DNA of 64,000 nt, from contig OZ271854.1 of the NCBI GenBank assembly GCA_965601925.1, positions 1,152,001 to 1,216,000 on the forward strand. The letters are read 5' to 3'. Shown here piece by piece: positions 60,509-64,000 of this stretch. The position numbers and the translations under genes were made by a program. The DNA is from Alkalispirochaeta sp. (lineage in GTDB: Bacteria > Spirochaetota > Spirochaetia > DSM-27196 > Alkalispirochaetaceae). Within the stretch, counting starts at the first letter, position 1. Each line of letters starts with the position of its first letter. The notes beneath the pieces are model-generated. The model was given only the letters and a program-made list of their open reading frames with translations, was not told where the DNA came from and did no database searches.

Positions 60509-61310
60509 CGCAGCCACCTGCAGACGGCTCTGGATCGTGCTTGCACTGACGGTATATGTCGCCGCATCGATCCACGGACAGACGATTCTCCGGGAAGTCC
60601 AGGAGAACGGAGAGCTTCGCGGCGGGATCGTCGATGGGGATCTCTACCCGTTTGTGTACCTCCGCGGCGGTGTGTGGGACGGATACGAGATAACGCTGAT
60701 GCGGGAGATCGCGGCCGAGCTCGGCGTGACGCTTTCGATTATTCCCTTTGAGAGTCGGGATGCGCTCCGGGAGGCGGTCGCCGACGGGGACATTCACGTG
60801 GCCTTCTCGAAGGTCTTCCGCGACCTCGACAACAGCGAGAGGGCGTTTCAGACGTCGCCGGTCGCGTCGCTCGATCTGATGATCGTCGCGAATCGGACGG
60901 CGTACAGCGCCGGACGTACCGGCGGAACGCTCTCCGGCGATCTGTTGCGCGGCGCCGTCCCGGTCGCGGTGGCCGACGAGGCGGCGTTCGTCCGCGAGGT
61001 ATCGCGCACATATCCGCGCGCCGACCTGTCGATCGTCGAGAGTCGCGAGCGACTGTGGCGTGGGGTCGAGTCGGGCGACTTTGTCGCAATCGCTCTCGAC
61101 GAGGCGTCGGTCTATCGATACTTCGTAGAGCATCCGGAACGGGGCATTCAACTTCGCGTGCTTCCGCTGCCGACCTCCACTGCGGTGGTCGGCCTCGTTC
61201 CGTGGCGCGACGACTTTCTGTGGGAGTGGGTAAACATTCTCGTCGAGGGGCAAGGCGACCCAGCGACGGTCGGAGAACTCGTCGAGCGGTACGAGTTCGG
61301 CACGAGGTAA
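60501..61310 (+). CDS. Second family-3 substrate-binding protein, divergent
   Basis: Signal; L.EVQENGELRGG, YPF...GYE..L..IA..LGV, V.DG.IHVA. Confidence 0.8.
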   Translation: MSNAATCRRLWIVLALTVYVAASIHGQTILREVQENGELRGGIVDGDLYPFVYLRGGVWDGYEITLMREIAAELGVTLSIIPFESRDALREAVADGDIHVAFSKVFRDLDNSERAFQTSPVASLDLMIVANRTAYSAGRTGGTLSGDLLRGAVPVAVADEAAFVREVSRTYPRADLSIVESRERLWRGVESGDFVAIALDEASVYRYFVEHPERGIQLRVLPLPTSTAVVGLVPWRDDFLWEWVNILVEGQGDPATVGELVERYEFGTR

Positions 61311-61320
61311 GGAGTATTCA

Positions 61321-62637
61321 ATGACGGTTGCACCAAAACAGAGAGGCGCCTTCGCGCGAATCGTAAAAAGCCCACTCGTAATAATCGGGGCGATGGTCGG
61401 CGGTATCCTCATCGGTATCGCCGCGCAGGAGCGCGAATGGGCGTTTCAACTCTCGACGGCGATCGCACCGATCGGACAGGTCTATCTCAACCTTCTCAGG
61501 ATGACGATCTTTCCCATCCTCATCAGCGCCATCGTTACATCGATCGGCAAGATTTTCGGCGACGATGAGAGTCAACGCTACCTAACGCGCATCGTCGTGT
61601 ACTCGCTCCTCTTCCTCTTCGTGACCAGTATCGCCTCGCTTATGGTGAGCCTCGTCATTCAACCCGGCGGCGGCTTGTCGCAGGAGGCGCAAATCACGTT
61701 GGGACGCGCCCTCACGGCCGCCGATCAAAGTGGCGAGAGCCGCGCGATCATTCAGGAGCGCCAAGGCATTTTCTCGTTCTTCGATCAACTGATCCCTCAG
61801 AACATTTTCGCGTCAATGGGCAGTGGTGCGAGCCTCCAGATTCTGTTTTTCAGCATCATGCTCGGCGTCGCCACGGGATTTCTCCACGGGGAGCAACGGA
61901 GGTACATGCTGGGCATGACCGAAGCGCTCTTCAAGGCGTTCTTTACGATCATCGAGTGGATTATGTATCTCCTCCCCTTGGGGCTGTTCTGCCTGCTCGC
62001 GGGTCAGATCGCCACCACCGGCCTCGAGGTCATCATCGCGATGGCGAAGTTCGTCGTGGTCGTCTACGTCGTGTCATTCATCGTGTTCGTCGCCTCGGCG
62101 ATCGTCATATCGGTGTCCTTGCGCGTCGGCGTATTTCGCGCCGTCACGGCGCTCAAGGAATCGCTGTTGATCGCGTTCGGCACGCAAAGCACCTTCGCCT
62201 CGATGCCCGCGGCGATCGAAGGGTTGTCGCAGGAGCTGGAGGTCGACGAGGAGCTCGTCAACCTCGTTACCCCGCTCGGTGTCGTGGTGAGCCGTTTCAG
62301 CATGATCATTCTCTACGGCGTGGCGACGATCTTCGCGGCCCAGTTGTACAATATTCCGCTCGATTTCGGACAGTTACTCGTTGCAACGATACTCGTAGTG
62401 TTCGCGGCGATCGCCGGTGCCGGCACACCGGGAATCGTGAGTCTGGCAATGATAAGCATCGTGTTCGGCCCCCTCGGTCTTCCGAGCAACGCAATCGTCA
62501 TTCTGCTTCTCGCGGTGAATCCGGTTATCGAACCGATTACCACCATGACGAACATCTTTGCGGTGTCCGCGACGACCGCTTTCATTGCCGGCCCCCACAA
62601 GAAACGGGAGGGTTCGGCCGTTGAAGAGTACGCGTAA
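61321..62637 (+). CDS. DAACS/SLC1 dicarboxylate-amino acid:cation symporter homolog, divergent
   Basis: G..YL.LL.M...P, LIP.NIF, LQILFF, P.G.F.L.A, AF.T.S..A.MP, G..G.PG. Confidence 0.88.
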   Translation: MTVAPKQRGAFARIVKSPLVIIGAMVGGILIGIAAQEREWAFQLSTAIAPIGQVYLNLLRMTIFPILISAIVTSIGKIFGDDESQRYLTRIVVYSLLFLFVTSIASLMVSLVIQPGGGLSQEAQITLGRALTAADQSGESRAIIQERQGIFSFFDQLIPQNIFASMGSGASLQILFFSIMLGVATGFLHGEQRRYMLGMTEALFKAFFTIIEWIMYLLPLGLFCLLAGQIATTGLEVIIAMAKFVVVVYVVSFIVFVASAIVISVSLRVGVFRAVTALKESLLIAFGTQSTFASMPAAIEGLSQELEVDEELVNLVTPLGVVVSRFSMIILYGVATIFAAQLYNIPLDFGQLLVATILVVFAAIAGAGTPGIVSLAMISIVFGPLGLPSNAIVILLLAVNPVIEPITTMTNIFAVSATTAFIAGPHKKREGSAVEEYA

Positions 62638-63643
62638 CACACACGTTGCCATTCTACGCGGCGGCATCTCATCGGAGGACTATCTCTCGCGACGTTCGGC
62701 CGGAGTCGTGGAGGAGGCGTTGCGTTTAAGCGGCTATCGCGTCGAGGTACTCGATTGGGTCGCCGACGGGTCGATCCGGCTTTCGGAGACGGGCGAAGGG
62801 CGCGATGTCAACAGTTGGCCCTCGCTGGTGCACTGTTTTGCTGAGTACCGACCGGACGTCGTCTTCAACACGCTGCACGGAGAGCGCGAGAACGCCGGAC
62901 AAGTCCAAGGTTTTTTCGAACTTGCCGGCATCCCCTTGACCGGCAACGGCATCACGCCGTCGGTGATCGGGATGGACAAAGTGCTTACCAAGGACGTATT
63001 CGATATCTTGTCGGTCGTCCATCCCAGGGATGTGCAACTGGGATTTCCGCGCTACGACGATGTGATGCGCTCGGTCGCGCGACATCGTAACTCGGGCGTC
63101 GGATACCCCTTTATGCTCAAACTCGCCCACGGCGGCTCCAGTTCGGGCCTCGACTTGATCGAAGACGAGGACGCCTTCATCTCAACCTGGGAGCGGTGGG
63201 CCCAACGCGTCGAGGACGCGTCGGTCATGGCCTACGCCGAGGAGTACGTCGACGGGCCGGAGTATTGCGTCGGCACATTCGGCCATTGGAGGCTGCCGGA
63301 TATCACGATACTTCCCATTGCGAAAATTGAGTTCGAAGGGCGATACTTCGACAAGAATATCAAATTCGAAAACAGATACCACGTCAACTGCGGCCACGAG
63401 CTGGCACCGCAACACCAGTTTCACATGCGACGGGTGGCGATGGACGTGCACCGCCATTTGAGGTTCGTCGGATTCAGTAGGATCGATTTTCGTATCAGGG
63501 ACGATCGTATTTACGCGCTCGAGGTCAATACGCATCCCGGATTGAGCCCGTCGAGCATCATTCCCAACAGCCTGGCGTGTTCCGATCTGACCATGCAGGA
63601 GGCCGCGTCGCTCCTCGTGGAGTGGAGTATCTCACCTCCCTGA
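62621..63643 (+). CDS. D-Ala-D-Ala ligase-like ATP-grasp enzyme
   Basis: GGISSE, LHG, MDK..TK, GGSS.G, EEYV.G.E, RIDF, EVNT.PG; TTG start overlaps the DAACS 3' end. Confidence 0.85.
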   Translation: MKSTRNTHVAILRGGISSEDYLSRRSAGVVEEALRLSGYRVEVLDWVADGSIRLSETGEGRDVNSWPSLVHCFAEYRPDVVFNTLHGERENAGQVQGFFELAGIPLTGNGITPSVIGMDKVLTKDVFDILSVVHPRDVQLGFPRYDDVMRSVARHRNSGVGYPFMLKLAHGGSSSGLDLIEDEDAFISTWERWAQRVEDASVMAYAEEYVDGPEYCVGTFGHWRLPDITILPIAKIEFEGRYFDKNIKFENRYHVNCGHELAPQHQFHMRRVAMDVHRHLRFVGFSRIDFRIRDDRIYALEVNTHPGLSPSSIIPNSLACSDLTMQEAASLLVEWSISPP

Positions 63644-64000
63644 GGCACCCGATCCTCTCATGACTCCGATGTGCGTATCCCTACCCGAGCGAGCTCGCGC
63701 GAGATCGTAACGAGGGACGAGAGCACGGCGATGTGGAACGTCGAAGAGCGAGCAACCAACGCCTCGTACACCGGTCTCGATACGTGGGCGAGGCGACATC
63801 CTCCTGAAGCGACGATCGACGTTCGGTGGGTCGTCGCCCCCAACCACGGGAGGGTACCGAGAACGGAACCGACGCCGAACGCCCCGAGGGAGAGGTCGCC
63901 GACCGTCTCGCTCGCCGCGCCGGCAACGACGATCCGAAGCGCGTCGTCCGCCGTCGATCGCAGCGATACCGATGCTCCGGGCGCGAGATCCTCATACCCG

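Noticed and set aside
49692..63643. A vanHAX glycopeptide-resistance cluster
   Set aside because: The dipeptidase and ligase are in separate, oppositely oriented operons; no vanH, vanR or vanS.
63644..64000. Short minus-strand ORFs at the right edge
   Set aside because: No motif or consistent frame; cannot be judged without flanking sequence.

Overview
High-GC bacterial accessory region, densely coding (about 65 genes or gene remnants). The solute-binding-protein leaders (LFASGQDEG, VYGAGETEES) suggest a free-living spirochaete, which is an inference. I saw no rRNA, tRNA, CRISPR array, integrase or transposase. Blocks: (1) 1-14 kb, stress/xenobiotic genes: a WYL regulator divergent from an epoxide hydrolase and an unlisted alpha/alpha-barrel gene, an ArsR-MFS-SRPBCC x3 run, arsR-arsM, and VOC/AraC. 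(2) 14-36 kb, mixed genes: CPA2-EIIA fusion, transglutaminase lipoprotein, CDF, GT-B-like protein, a large protein with an interrupted HPr domain, MerR/SDR, peptide ABC, PuuD-like. (3) 36-44.7 kb, an AraC-linked carbohydrate locus with a full-length alpha-L-iduronidase-like GH39 and an agarase-like barrel whose transcription units share an upstream motif. (4) 44.8-54 kb, detox-type genes including an ABC exporter, a second alpha/alpha-barrel and a VanX-like dipeptidase. (5) 54-57 kb, a sugar ABC with a LacI-type operator. (6) 57.4-63.6 kb, the best candidate for an undescribed system: Cache/HAMP adenylate cyclase, two orphan amino-acid SBPs, a motif-degenerate DAACS transporter and a divergent D-Ala-D-X ligase in one operon. 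Several frameshifts could be pseudogenes or sequencing errors. All family calls come from motif recognition by eye; no searches were run.
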